The translations under genes were made by a program, and so were the position numbers. Shown piece by piece: positions 32,001-41,420 of a DNA stretch of 64,000 nt. The notes under the pieces were generated by a model. That model was not told the DNA's origin, ran no database searches, and saw only the letters and a program-made list of their open reading frames with translations. The stretch covers positions 192,001-256,000 of the forward strand of contig CAVXTP010000010.1 of assembly GCA_963764715.1 (NCBI GenBank). The letters run 5' to 3'. Position 1 is the stretch's first letter; every line of letters starts with the position of its first letter. The stretch comes from an uncultured Acidobacteriota bacterium. Its GTDB lineage: Bacteria; Acidobacteriota; Thermoanaerobaculia; UBA5066; Gp7-AA6.

Positions 32001-33245
32001 CAGCTGCTGCTGGAGCCAGCCGTTCGTCGGGAGCTGGCCGCGGGCCTGCTCCTTCATCCGGTTGAGCTCGTAGAAGCCGGAGCGCGCGGAGTGGGTGTCG
32101 CCGGCGGACCGGCCGGCGGGGACCGTGCAGTCGTGGCCGGCGCTCGTCCCGAGGTCGATGTTGCCGGCGTTCGTCTCGCTGATCGCTCCGCACGTGTCGA
32201 GGATCTTGACGAAACGGCCCGAAAGGGTCGTCGAGATCGAGCCCGGGATGCATCCGGCGTTGCCGCCGCCATCGGTGAAGCTCGTTCCGCCGGGCGCGGT
32301 GTCGGCCCAGGGCATCGGCCAGCCGGCCTGCTCGGTGCCCTCGGGCCCGGAGCCGTCGTTGGAGACGGGGAACACTCCGCCGACGACCTGGTGCTGCGCG
32401 TACTGGTTTCGGTCCTCCAGCGCGAGGACTTCACCCGTCCTCGCGTCGATGAGCGTCTCCCAGCGTCCGAGGTCTCCGGCGACGCGGCTTTCGATCACCC
32501 ACGCCAGGCGGTAGGAGAGGGCATCGCCACCGTCGGCCGGAACGAGCTCGAGGTGGGGGCCCTTGGAGCGGCTTTCCACCCGGAAGGGGTCGAGGAAGGC
32601 CTCCGCGCGTGCCTCGGCCTCGGATGCGGTGATCGCGGGAACGAGGGCCGCGTCGACGTCGCCCCAGCTCGCGAGACCCAGCAGAACGAGGTTGCCGTGG
32701 TTGAGCGTGGCCGTCACGGCGTTGCCCCGCACGGGGATGCCGTCGACGACGCGCGGGATGTAGACGTAGACCAGGTCGCCTCCCGACAGCACGGCGACGC
32801 GCGGGGTGCTCGAGATCTGCGAGGGATCGATTCGAAGCGCCGTCTGCCCGCGCACGTACGCGAGCACGGCGGCCGCCGCGGCCTCCCGCCACTCCGAGTC
32901 ATCGGCGGGCGGGTGCCCGGAGATCCACGAAACCCGGTTGCCGACCCCCGAGCCCGGCAGCAGCGGCCGGGAGAGGACGAGCGAGCTCCAGCGGCCGGTG
33001 CGCGAGTCGAAGTAGGCGCCCGCCTCCGTCGCCCCGAGCTGTGCGAGCTCGGTGTCGCGAACCGAGGGCGCGAGCAGCACGACGGTGTTCGCGGGCTCGT
33101 TGCGTTCCTCGACGTACAGGGCCGGATGCCGGAAGACCTTTGCGGCAACCTCCGAGGACGATGGCTGCACCAGCGCGGCGAGCGGCGCGGATCCGATGCA
33201 CGCAGCCAGCAAAATGACGCAGATCCTGGCGGACCGACGCTTCAT
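29100..33245 (-). CDS. Secreted M4/M36-like zinc metalloprotease with Ig/Fn3-like modules and three C-terminal SLH repeats
   Basis: Signal peptide at MKRRS (GGAGG upstream), FTP/PepSY-like propeptide, NAFWNG, HEWGH, GESIAD, and C-terminal repeats FPDV..GVTAGCGGGNYCP..TRQQMAVFL. Confidence 0.82.
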   Translation of the reverse strand: MKRRSARICVILLAACIGSAPLAALVQPSSSEVAAKVFRHPALYVEERNEPANTVVLLAPSVRDTELAQLGATEAGAYFDSRTGRWSSLVLSRPLLPGSGVGNRVSWISGHPPADDSEWREAAAAAVLAYVRGQTALRIDPSQISSTPRVAVLSGGDLVYVYIPRVVDGIPVRGNAVTATLNHGNLVLLGLASWGDVDAALVPAITASEAEARAEAFLDPFRVESRSKGPHLELVPADGGDALSYRLAWVIESRVAGDLGRWETLIDARTGEVLALEDRNQYAQHQVVGGVFPVSNDGSGPEGTEQAGWPMPWADTAPGGTSFTDGGGNAGCIPGSISTTLSGRFVKILDTCGAISETNAGNIDLGTSAGHDCTVPAGRSAGDTHSARSGFYELNRMKEQARGQLPTNGWLQQQLTANMNIVSTCNAFWNGTTVNFFRSGGGCGNTGEIAAVFDHEWGHGMDNNGVNPSITSPGESIADIYAALRLNTSCIGRGFFLVGDCTGYGDACTACSGIRDIDFANHVSGVPHGITFAQACPNLGSRGPCNRETHCEGMIVAEVAWDLATRDLTAGPFNYSTEMAREVATRLFYLGSQVVTSWYTCAAGGGCGATGGYLNILAADDDNGNLADGTPHMTAIFAAFNRHQIACATPAQANAGCAGGPTTATAVTVESRDKSAALSWTAVANASAYAVYRTEGVGGCEFGKVKLAETADLAFVDEGLQNGRTYDYSVTALGTSDACFGPMSACVSVVPAGGPGLGVASVLPAVSGGDGDPFLDNCELATATFDVKNTGTGTQTNVRIVAIEPLTHPSTIIVSSLPIDVTASLAECDVAQASFQLQAQGLAFDETSEVRVTLASDELDGLGQTRTVTLQFENVESDFQAAASHTFGFETDLEGWKVVSGTFARTTVGGGASGTAAHVTSSSSALFSCDVIRSPLIRLGADVSTLAMQERYAIEPTSDQAYDRANVSVYDPATGASTVVSPSGGQVYTANLGATGFCVVGGEPGWNGTNPGNPAFVASTWSTGALSPGGSFDNKVVRLEVAYGTDEAISLAGLDFDEFTLANVEIQVPDAQSDVCVPPGNVAPEALHVDAAGNGVLEAGESAAVEPSWKNQDVSAAAVTGSLSNFTGPAGPVYTIEDPSADYGSIPGAGSAFCTDCYSVSITAGARPAAHWDASASESVSGGTGPKTWILHVGGSFPDVTSGSPFYPAVENVLHNGVTAGCGGGNYCPGDTVTRQQMAVFLLKAKDGGDYVPPACVTPAFPDVPCSSSFAPWVNELVARGVTAGCGGGNYCPTNPTTREQMAVFLLKTKEGSGYTPPSCSVQQFDDVPCSSGFAPWINELVARGVTAGCGGGLYCPTNSVLRQQMAVFLVKTFGLQLYGL
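29105..29660 (-). repeat. Three tandem SLH-coding repeats (~190 bp period)
   Basis: GAAGAC(C/G)GCCATCTGCT and CCGCCGCAGCCGGCGGT each recur three times. Confidence 0.8.
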
Positions 33246-33368
33246 GGATTCCCTCCGGATTGCTGAATTCTGTGGAATCAGTCTAGCGTCGTTCGGCGCC
33301 GCTGACGCGCCGGGGAACCCAAAAAGTGCGGTACGCGCCTTGCAATCACATTCCGCGGAGGCGAACTC

Positions 33369-33557
33369 ATGACCGATTCCAGAAAGCCCGAGGATGCCCC
33401 GTCCGTCCAGAATCCCCGCGACGCGTACGGCTTTCAGGAGGCCCCCGCCGAGCAGGGCCTCAAGAAGCCGCCGACAGACTTTGGTAGAGGCGAAGATTCC
33501 GGCGAGTGGACGCGCGGGGGAGGGACGGACCCGAACGAGGAGGCCGGAAAGGCGTAG
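33369..33557 (+). CDS. Small acidic hypothetical protein (62 aa)
   Basis: GGAGG RBS before ATG; low-complexity hydrophilic sequence with no recognisable family. Confidence 0.4.
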   Translation: MTDSRKPEDAPSVQNPRDAYGFQEAPAEQGLKKPPTDFGRGEDSGEWTRGGGTDPNEEAGKA

Positions 33558-33614
33558 CGTTCCAGACACGCTCCGGCCACGCGCCGTCCGACCTGCAGAT
33601 TACAGAGGTTGAAT

Positions 33615-33691
33615 TGGTGGAGCTGAACGGGATCGAACCGTCGACCTCCTGAGTGCGATTCAGGCGCTCTCCCAAACTGAGCTACAGCCCC
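33615..33691 (-). tRNA. tRNA-Ala (anticodon CGC)
   Basis: Reverse complement GGGGCTGTAGCTCAGTTTGGGAGAGCGCCTGAATCGCACTCAGGAGGTCGACGGTTCGATCCCGTTCAGCTCCACCA: cloverleaf, G3:U70 pair, T-loop GTTCGA, encoded CCA. Confidence 0.96.
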
Positions 33692-33751
33692 ACGCGGAAG
33701 AGGGCGCGGAGAATAGCACGGCGGGAGCGGAGGCGGCAAACTCCTTCCCGT

Positions 33752-35173
33752 TCAGTCGTCTGGCGGGGAGGCTTCGAGTCGCCGACTCCCCGCCGTCTCG
33801 ACGACCCAGGCCGCGTCCGCGACGAGGATCAGGTCACACATCGCCTGAAACGCATAGAGGTGCCGCTCGAGCTCGAGGTGCCAGTCTCCGAGCGCTGCCA
33901 CGAGGAAGGCGCCCGCGGCCATCGCGACGAGAATCGCGAGCCCCTCCCGAAAGAGCCGGCCACGGGGGGATGCGCGGCGGTAGGTCGCCGCCGCGGCGGC
34001 CAGCGTGCCGCCGAAGAGAACGATCAGGACGGGTCCTCCCGAGAGCCGGAAGCGGAGCGCGCTCCAGGCACCCCGCGCCCTGGCAGACGCCGGCGCACCG
34101 GACTCCCTCGCGAAGTGGCCGAGGTCGCGCGGCTGGAGCGCGAAGGACGACTGCGCCGCGCGCGAGAGGATCGCCGCGAGGCGTTCCGGGTGCCGAAGGT
34201 AGATCACGCGGGGCGAGGGCCGGCCCCGGTCGAAAAACGCCCGGATCTCCGGGAGGCGCGCCGGCGATTCTGGGACCCAGGCGGAGACCCCCGCGAACCG
34301 GGCGAGCTCCGGGTCGAGCCCGAGCTCGGCGAGATCGGCCTTCGGGTCCGGCGAGCCCGGCAGCAACTCGACGAAGAGCATGTTGTAGCGCGCCACCCAT
34401 CCGGAGGACGCCTCGGCGCCGCGGTAGTAGCGCCAGGCGAGGCCCAAGAGGACGGCCGCGAAGAGAAGCGCGGCCGCGCGGCCCCGCCGCGACCCCCGCC
34501 ACGCGAGCCGGACACCGAAAGGCGCGAGGAGGATGGCCTGGACGCTCTCCTGGGGCTTCGAGCAGACGAAGAGCGCGGCGCCGAGAAAGTAGGCCGCGAG
34601 CACCGGCCCTTCGAGACGGCCGCGCCGGACGCCCCAGGCCGCGACGCCGACGGTCAGCAGAAGGAAGAGAAGCGATGCCGTCTGGCTGTAGAGGGACTGG
34701 AAGGGCGCGACGTAACCGGGGTCGGTGAAGAAGAAGACGAGGAGAGCCGCGGCGACCGCCTGGGCCGGCGCGGACAGTCCACCGCACGCCGAGACGAGGA
34801 GGCCGAGGGCGGCAAGGAAAAGCGCGGCGTGGAGGGCCCCGAGGAAACGGATGTCGAAGAACGCGCCCGTCGACAGCCGCCGCGAAACGCCGACGGCCAG
34901 GTCGACCAGGAGGGACTCCGACGTCCGGAACGCCGAAAGATCCGCCGTCCGGGGCGCGTAGGCGAACCGCGGCTGCATCCAGCGGAAGAACCGGTCGTCC
35001 CGGTCCGCGCTCACGGGGGCGAGGCCGGCGGGCAACATGACCCGGTCGAAGTCGCCGTTGTCCGCCATGCCCACGATCGGCGGAACGAGCAGGAGGGCGG
35101 TCAGCGCCGCCGCGGCGGCGGCGAGGGCGGCCGCCGTGACGAGGCGGCTCCGCGCGATCTCGTGCGGCGGCAT
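33752..35173 (-). CDS. Multi-pass membrane protein, putative GT-C glycosyltransferase (WsfD-like)
   Basis: N-terminal TM helix followed by GMADNGDFDRV; about 10 TM helices. Confidence 0.6.
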   Translation of the reverse strand: MPPHEIARSRLVTAAALAAAAAALTALLLVPPIVGMADNGDFDRVMLPAGLAPVSADRDDRFFRWMQPRFAYAPRTADLSAFRTSESLLVDLAVGVSRRLSTGAFFDIRFLGALHAALFLAALGLLVSACGGLSAPAQAVAAALLVFFFTDPGYVAPFQSLYSQTASLLFLLLTVGVAAWGVRRGRLEGPVLAAYFLGAALFVCSKPQESVQAILLAPFGVRLAWRGSRRGRAAALLFAAVLLGLAWRYYRGAEASSGWVARYNMLFVELLPGSPDPKADLAELGLDPELARFAGVSAWVPESPARLPEIRAFFDRGRPSPRVIYLRHPERLAAILSRAAQSSFALQPRDLGHFARESGAPASARARGAWSALRFRLSGGPVLIVLFGGTLAAAAATYRRASPRGRLFREGLAILVAMAAGAFLVAALGDWHLELERHLYAFQAMCDLILVADAAWVVETAGSRRLEASPPDD

Positions 35174-35214
35174 CGGCGCGAGCCTACACTCCGATCGGCT
35201 AGGATGCGTGCCGC

Positions 35215-36414
35215 ATGGAGCACGGGATGGACGTCGGCGCGTTCCTTCTGGCCTTCGGCTCGGCCCTTGTGGGCGCGAAGATCTTCGGCGCGCTGGCCGA
35301 ACGGGTCGGGCAGCCGGCGGTGCTCGGCGAGCTGCTGGCCGGCATCGTGCTGGGGTCGTCGGTTCTCGGTCTCGTACCGCTCTCCGACGGGGTCTTTCTG
35401 CTGTCCGAGATCGGCGTCGTCCTTCTGCTCTTCGAGGTCGGGCTCGAAACGGACCTCCAGGAGCTCCTGCGCGTGGGCGCCCCCGCCCTGGCCGTGGCGC
35501 TTGCCGGCATGGTCCTCCCGTTCGCCGGAGGCTACGCGCTGACCCTGGCGCTCGGTTACGAAACGCTGACCGCGATCTTCGTCGGCGCCGCGCTGACCGC
35601 GACGTCGATCGGCATCACGGCGCGCGTCCTCTCGGAGCTCGGCGTGCTGAAGACGCGGGAAGGCCAGATCATCCTCGGGGCCGCCGTAATCGACGACGTA
35701 CTCGGGCTCGTGGTGCTCGCGATCGTCAGCAAGATCGCCCAGAGCGGCGCCCTCGAGCCGTCCGTGGCCTTGAAGTCGGCGCTCTCCGCGATCGGATTCC
35801 TGGTCGTCGCGCTGGTGGCCGGGATCCCGCTCGGGCACTGGCTCGTGCGGATCGTGGGTCGATCGAAGGTGCGCGGAATGCTCGGCGCGGCCGCGGTGGC
35901 CTTCGCCCTGCTCGTCGCGTGGGGCGCGAAGAAGGCCGACTCGGCGCCGATCGTCGGCGCCTTCGCCGCCGGCATGGCGCTCGCGCGGACCAACCGGCGC
36001 CACGACATCGACCACGCGCTCAAGCCGGTCGTCGACATCTTCGCGCCGCTCTTCTTCGTCTACGTCGGCGCCCAGGTCGACGTCCGGCTGCTCAACCCGG
36101 CGGTTCCGGAGAACCGACCCGCCCTGCTCCTGGGCCTCGGCCTGACGCTGATCGGCTTCCTCGGGAAGTTCGCGGCGGGCTTCTGCGCCTGGGGCGGCGT
36201 GCGGCGCGCCTTCATCGGGGCCGGCATGGTTCCCCGCGGCGAGGTCGGCCTGATCTTCGCCGCGCTGGGGCTGGCCGACAAGGCCCTGCCCGAGCGGGTG
36301 TTCGTCGCCGTCCTCGTCGCGGTCTTCGCGACCACGTTCGTGACGCCGCCGCTCCTGAAGCTGCTCAGGCCGGGGGCGGCTTCGCGGCCTCGCCCCGCGG
36401 GCGCAGCTGCGTGA
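35215..36414 (+). CDS. Cation:proton antiporter (CPA2)
   Basis: GQPAVLGELLAG, LFEVGLE, ATSIGIT, AAVIDD, GMVPRGEVG. Confidence 0.92.
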   Translation: MEHGMDVGAFLLAFGSALVGAKIFGALAERVGQPAVLGELLAGIVLGSSVLGLVPLSDGVFLLSEIGVVLLLFEVGLETDLQELLRVGAPALAVALAGMVLPFAGGYALTLALGYETLTAIFVGAALTATSIGITARVLSELGVLKTREGQIILGAAVIDDVLGLVVLAIVSKIAQSGALEPSVALKSALSAIGFLVVALVAGIPLGHWLVRIVGRSKVRGMLGAAAVAFALLVAWGAKKADSAPIVGAFAAGMALARTNRRHDIDHALKPVVDIFAPLFFVYVGAQVDVRLLNPAVPENRPALLLGLGLTLIGFLGKFAAGFCAWGGVRRAFIGAGMVPRGEVGLIFAALGLADKALPERVFVAVLVAVFATTFVTPPLLKLLRPGAASRPRPAGAAA

Positions 36415-37600
36415 GGGTGGTCGACAGGAGGGCCCGGCGCTCCGCGTCGAGTCGCGAAAACAGCGGCTCCAGCACGGTCGCCACGCGGTCGTGGCCGTGC
36501 GGGTTGATGTGGAAGAGGCCGGGGGAGAGCGCGTCGATGACGCGGGCGACCGTGATCTGCCGGTTGGAGACCGCCAGCCGGTAACCCGCGGTCGGGTCCC
36601 CGTCGATCAGCCCGGCCTTCTTCAGGTCCTCCAGGATCGCCAGGGTCTCGGCGGTCGAGGCGTCGGGGTTGGTTTCGAGGTCCTTGAGCGGCGAGGGCTC
36701 GACGGACGACATGCACAGGAGCATCCGGATCGCCTTCTCGGCGCGCCCCTCGCGCCGCTGGTCCGTGGTCGCCCCCGAGCTCTCCTTCTGCAGGACGTGC
36801 GTCAGCTCGACGCCGAAGAGGATCAGGGCCCACGCGAAGTAGAGCGACACGATGGCGAAGAGGGCGAAGGCGAGGGAGCCGGTGATCAGGTTCATGCGGA
36901 GCATCGCTTCGACGTAGACGCCGAAGACGAGGCGCAGCAGCTCGAGCCCGAGCGCGCACGTGGCGCCGGCGACGGCCGCGGGCGCGAGCCGGACCCGGGC
37001 GTTGGGCACGTACCGGTAGAGGAGCGTGAGGAAGAAGGCCTTCAGGAGAAACGGCGCGGCCGCCGCCACGAGGGTCGAGCTCCAGATCGAGGTCGCGTCG
37101 GCCGAGCGCATCGCGCGCAGGCCCGCACCGATCCCGCCGAGGACGAGACCGAGGGCCGCGAGCGCGAAGGTGTAGAGAAAGATCCGCGTCAGGCGCGCCC
37201 GGCGCCGGGGCGCCCCCCAGACCGCGTTGAAGACGCCCTCGACGACGAAGACGAGGCGGACGGACGCGATGACCAGCAGGACCACCCCGACGGTCGAAAT
37301 GGCCTTGGACTCGACGATGAAGTCCCGGATCGTGGCGGAGAACCGGGCCGGGGGATACGGGATCACGGCGTTCAAGACCGACAGGATCTCGTCGTCGTTT
37401 TCCTCGAAGAACCCGACCAGCACCAGCGAGAACGTCGCGAGGAGCGGAACCGCCGTCAGCAGCGTGGTGAAGGCGAGCGAGCCGGCGAGGTCGAGCCCCC
37501 GGTCGGCGCGGAACCCGCGGAGCGTCTCGGCCACGACGCCTCGCAGGGTCCATCCCGCCCGGCGGCGGTCCGGGCGCGCGGTTGCGACGTCGGTGCTCAC
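36365..37600 (-). CDS. YihY/BrkB family membrane protein with C-terminal winged-helix extension
   Basis: AGSLAFTTLL..VP, FNAVWG, LYRYVPN, YFAWALILFGVE; C-terminal LEDLKKAGLI..GYRLA. GGAGG RBS. Confidence 0.82.
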   Translation of the reverse strand: MSTDVATARPDRRRAGWTLRGVVAETLRGFRADRGLDLAGSLAFTTLLTAVPLLATFSLVLVGFFEENDDEILSVLNAVIPYPPARFSATIRDFIVESKAISTVGVVLLVIASVRLVFVVEGVFNAVWGAPRRRARLTRIFLYTFALAALGLVLGGIGAGLRAMRSADATSIWSSTLVAAAAPFLLKAFFLTLLYRYVPNARVRLAPAAVAGATCALGLELLRLVFGVYVEAMLRMNLITGSLAFALFAIVSLYFAWALILFGVELTHVLQKESSGATTDQRREGRAEKAIRMLLCMSSVEPSPLKDLETNPDASTAETLAILEDLKKAGLIDGDPTAGYRLAVSNRQITVARVIDALSPGLFHINPHGHDRVATVLEPLFSRLDAERRALLSTTLTQLRPRGEAAKPPPA

Positions 37601-37660
37601 GATTCCTCCATCCGCAGGCCCGTCAAGGGTATATGATGCGGCCCCGTACCGGAGGTGATC

Positions 37661-37951
37661 ATGGCGAAAGAAACCCCGTTCGACCGCGCCCGCGACTTCG
37701 TCGAAGAGAAGATCGACAAGACGAAGGAGACGCTGGGCGACTCCTATTCGAAGGCGCGCGACCAGTTCGACGACGTCAGCGAGGACGTGCGCAAGACCGT
37801 CAAGTCGACCGCCAAGCGCATCGAGAAGGATTACGGCTACCTGTGGGACGACCTGCGCGGCTACGTGCGCGAGAACCCGGGCACCTCGCTCGCGATCTCG
37901 GCCGCGGTCGGTTTCGTCCTGGGCTTCCTGCTGCGCGGCGACGACGACTAG
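37661..37951 (+). CDS. DUF883/ElaB-like tail-anchored protein
   Basis: GGAGG RBS; charged helix then YVRENP..SLAISAAVGFVLGFLL. Confidence 0.78.
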   Translation: MAKETPFDRARDFVEEKIDKTKETLGDSYSKARDQFDDVSEDVRKTVKSTAKRIEKDYGYLWDDLRGYVRENPGTSLAISAAVGFVLGFLLRGDDD

Positions 37952-37986
37952 CGTCCCCGGAGCCCGGGCCGTCGATCCGAGACTCC

Positions 37987-37992
37987 TATAAT
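37987..37992 (+). promoter_or_regulatory. Consensus -10 box (TATAAT) 6 nt before the selD GTG, probable leaderless promoter
   Basis: Perfect TATAAT in GC-rich DNA with no Shine-Dalgarno between it and the start codon. Confidence 0.6.
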
Positions 37993-37998
37993 CCCGGC

Positions 37999-39093
<1,095 letters not shown>

Positions 39094-39114
39094 GAAGGGC
39101 AGGGGCAGGGGCGC

Positions 39115-39372
39115 ATGGCCGACAGCGAAGAGTGGGTCGAAGTGGCCGCGGTCGGGGACGACGAGGAGGCCGAGATCATCGCGGGGCTGCTCGAGTCCGA
39201 AGACATCCCGTGCGAGATCGAGGGCGCCCCGTCGCCCTGGCCGGAGAACCTCGGGGCGCTCGGCGCGTCGCGCGTGCTCGTGCCCCCCGATCGCGCCGAC
39301 GAGGCGCGCGCCCTGATCGCCGAGCGCGAGCGCGACGCGGAGCGGAACCTGACGGACCCCGCCGGGGAATGA
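39115..39372 (+). CDS. DUF2007-like putative signal transducing protein
   Basis: EAEIIAGLLESEDIP..RVLVP..ADEARALI pattern. Confidence 0.75.
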   Translation: MADSEEWVEVAAVGDDEEAEIIAGLLESEDIPCEIEGAPSPWPENLGALGASRVLVPPDRADEARALIAERERDAERNLTDPAGE

Positions 39373-41246
39373 GCGTCCTTCGCCCGGGCTCGAAGCTCGG
39401 GCGCTTCGAGATCTCGGGGGTGCTCGGCCAGGGGGCGATGGGCGTGGTCTACCTCGCCCACGACCCGTCGATCGACCGGCCGGTCGCCATCAAGACGATC
39501 CGCTCCGAGGCCGCGCGCGACGACAACGCCGCCGAGGTCGAGGCGCGGTTCCTCAAGGAGGCCCGGCTGGCGGGCCGGCTGCAGCACGCCAACATCGTGA
39601 CCGTCTACGACGTCGGCCGCGACGGCGACCTCTACTTCATCGCGATGGAGTACGTCGACGGCCGGCCGCTGACGCACTACCTCGCGGCGCCCGACGACCT
39701 GTCGCTGTCGGTGCGGGTCGACATCATCCGGCAGGCCGCCGAGGCGCTCGGGCACGCGCACGAGCGGGGAGTCGTCCACCGCGACATGAAGCCGGGCAAC
39801 ATCCTCGTCTCGAAGGACGGCCGCGTGAAGGTCACGGACTTCGGCATCGGGAAGTTCCTCGGGTCCGAGCCGTCGGACCTGACGCGGACGGGCCAGATGA
39901 TCGGCAGCCCGGCGTACATGTCGCCCGAACAGGTCCGCGGGGACAAGATCGACGGCCGCTCGGACCTCTTTTCCCTGGGCGTCGTGCTCTACGAGCTGCT
40001 GACGGGCAAGCGGCCTTTTCCGGGCGAGTCGATCACGACCCTCGTCTACCAGATCCTGCACACCGAGCCGAAGAACCCGCGGGACATCAAGGCGAGCCTT
40101 CCGGTCTCGACGCAGGAAGTGATGCTGCGGCTGCTGGCCAAGCAGCCCGAGAAGCGCCCGGCGACGGCCCACGAGTTCATTCGTGAGCTCAGGCGGATCG
40201 AGAAGTTCCAGCGCGAGTCCGAGATGACGCGACGCGCCGTCGCCGCGGCCCCTCCGCCTCCCCCCGCGCCGCCGCCCGCCGGTCCGGCCGCCTCGGCCGC
40301 GGCGACGACCCCGGGGCCCGCCGCGCCGCCGCCCCGGCACAGCCGGGTCGGTCTCGCCGGCGTCGTCCTCGCGATCGCCGCCGTCGCGGTCGCGGCCGTG
40401 CTCCTGCTCCGGGAGCGGAAATCCGCGGCCCCGGCGCCCCCGGTCTCGGTGGTGGCCGCGCCGACGGCCGCACCGACCGCCGTGGCCGCGGTGGCCGAGG
40501 CGCCGCTCCTTGAGCCGACCGCCATCGTCCTGCCGACTCCCGGCCCCGAGGCGGCGGCCGACGCGACGGTCGGCGCGCCCCGGATCGCCGAGACGCCGAA
40601 GCCTCGGCCGACCGCGCGTCCGCGCCCGAGCCCGACGGCGGCCGAGACGAAGGTCGCCGCGGCCCCGGCGCCCCCGCCGGCCGCGCCGGCGAAGCCCGAT
40701 CGCATCGACGCCGTCTACGAAACGCGGGGGAGCGTGCGGTTCACCTCGAGCCCCGAGCAGGCGCGCCTCTACGTCGACGGCCGGTACGTGGGGATCGCCG
40801 ACGACTGGGACAACCGGGGCGGAGGCCGCGCGCTCGAGCTCGGAAAGGCGGGACCGCACTACGTCCGCATGGAGCTGCCGGGTTACCGGACGAAGACGCT
40901 CCAGATCGACGTGGTCGCGGACGCCGGCGATTCGATCTCGATCGACGAGGAGCTCGACCGCCACGACCGCGTCCCGTACGAAAAGCTCCCCGCGGTCTAC
41001 GACCGCACGACCTCCGAGGTCGAGTTCTCGGTCGATCCGCCGGACGCCGGGATCTCGGAGGAAGGCCGGGCGCTCGGCCCCGCGTCCTCGTTCGGCCCGG
41101 CCTCTCCGCTGAAGCTCTCGGGCCCCGCGGTCCACGACCTCATGCTCTCCGCTCCCGGCCACAAGCCCAAGCTCGTGCGTATCCTCGTCGCCCCCAACGC
41201 CGGCAACGACCGGGCGAAAGTCGCCGAGAAACTCAAACCACAGTAA
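39369..41246 (+). CDS. Membrane Hanks-type Ser/Thr protein kinase with extracytoplasmic PEGA-like domains
   Basis: LGQGAMGVVY, VAIK, HRDMKPGN, DFG, YMSPEQ; TM helix; Pro/Ala linker; FTSSPEQARLYVDG. Confidence 0.9.
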   Translation: MSVLRPGSKLGRFEISGVLGQGAMGVVYLAHDPSIDRPVAIKTIRSEAARDDNAAEVEARFLKEARLAGRLQHANIVTVYDVGRDGDLYFIAMEYVDGRPLTHYLAAPDDLSLSVRVDIIRQAAEALGHAHERGVVHRDMKPGNILVSKDGRVKVTDFGIGKFLGSEPSDLTRTGQMIGSPAYMSPEQVRGDKIDGRSDLFSLGVVLYELLTGKRPFPGESITTLVYQILHTEPKNPRDIKASLPVSTQEVMLRLLAKQPEKRPATAHEFIRELRRIEKFQRESEMTRRAVAAAPPPPPAPPPAGPAASAAATTPGPAAPPPRHSRVGLAGVVLAIAAVAVAAVLLLRERKSAAPAPPVSVVAAPTAAPTAVAAVAEAPLLEPTAIVLPTPGPEAAADATVGAPRIAETPKPRPTARPRPSPTAAETKVAAAPAPPPAAPAKPDRIDAVYETRGSVRFTSSPEQARLYVDGRYVGIADDWDNRGGGRALELGKAGPHYVRMELPGYRTKTLQIDVVADAGDSISIDEELDRHDRVPYEKLPAVYDRTTSEVEFSVDPPDAGISEEGRALGPASSFGPASPLKLSGPAVHDLMLSAPGHKPKLVRILVAPNAGNDRAKVAEKLKPQ

Positions 41247-41258
41247 TTCTGTTCGGCA

Positions 41259-41410
41259 CGCGGCGCGCGGAGTCTCCGCGAAGTAACCGAGCGGAGGAGC
41301 CGCGCGCCGCGGGAGCGAAGGCGCCGCCAAAGACCAGTCGCGCGGTCGAGCCCGCATCCGGGCGAGCCGCGCGACGGTGCGCCCGAAGGGCGCAGGTCTT
41401 TGGCGGCGCC
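41259..41410. repeat. Multi-hairpin structured intergenic element (REP/MITE-like or ncRNA)
   Basis: 12-bp inverted repeat 41259-41270/41300-41311 and perfect 16-bp inverted repeat 41320-41335/41395-41410 enclosing two hairpins. Confidence 0.65.
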
Positions 41411-41420
41411 GAAGCGACGG

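Noticed and set aside
33246-33751. tRNA-Ala as an integration site for a genomic island
   Set aside because: No integrase and no duplicated tRNA 3' end found in the window.
36365-36414. 50-bp convergent overlap of the antiporter and YihY genes
   Set aside because: Common in GC-rich genomes through stop-codon drift; the overlapping tails are low complexity.
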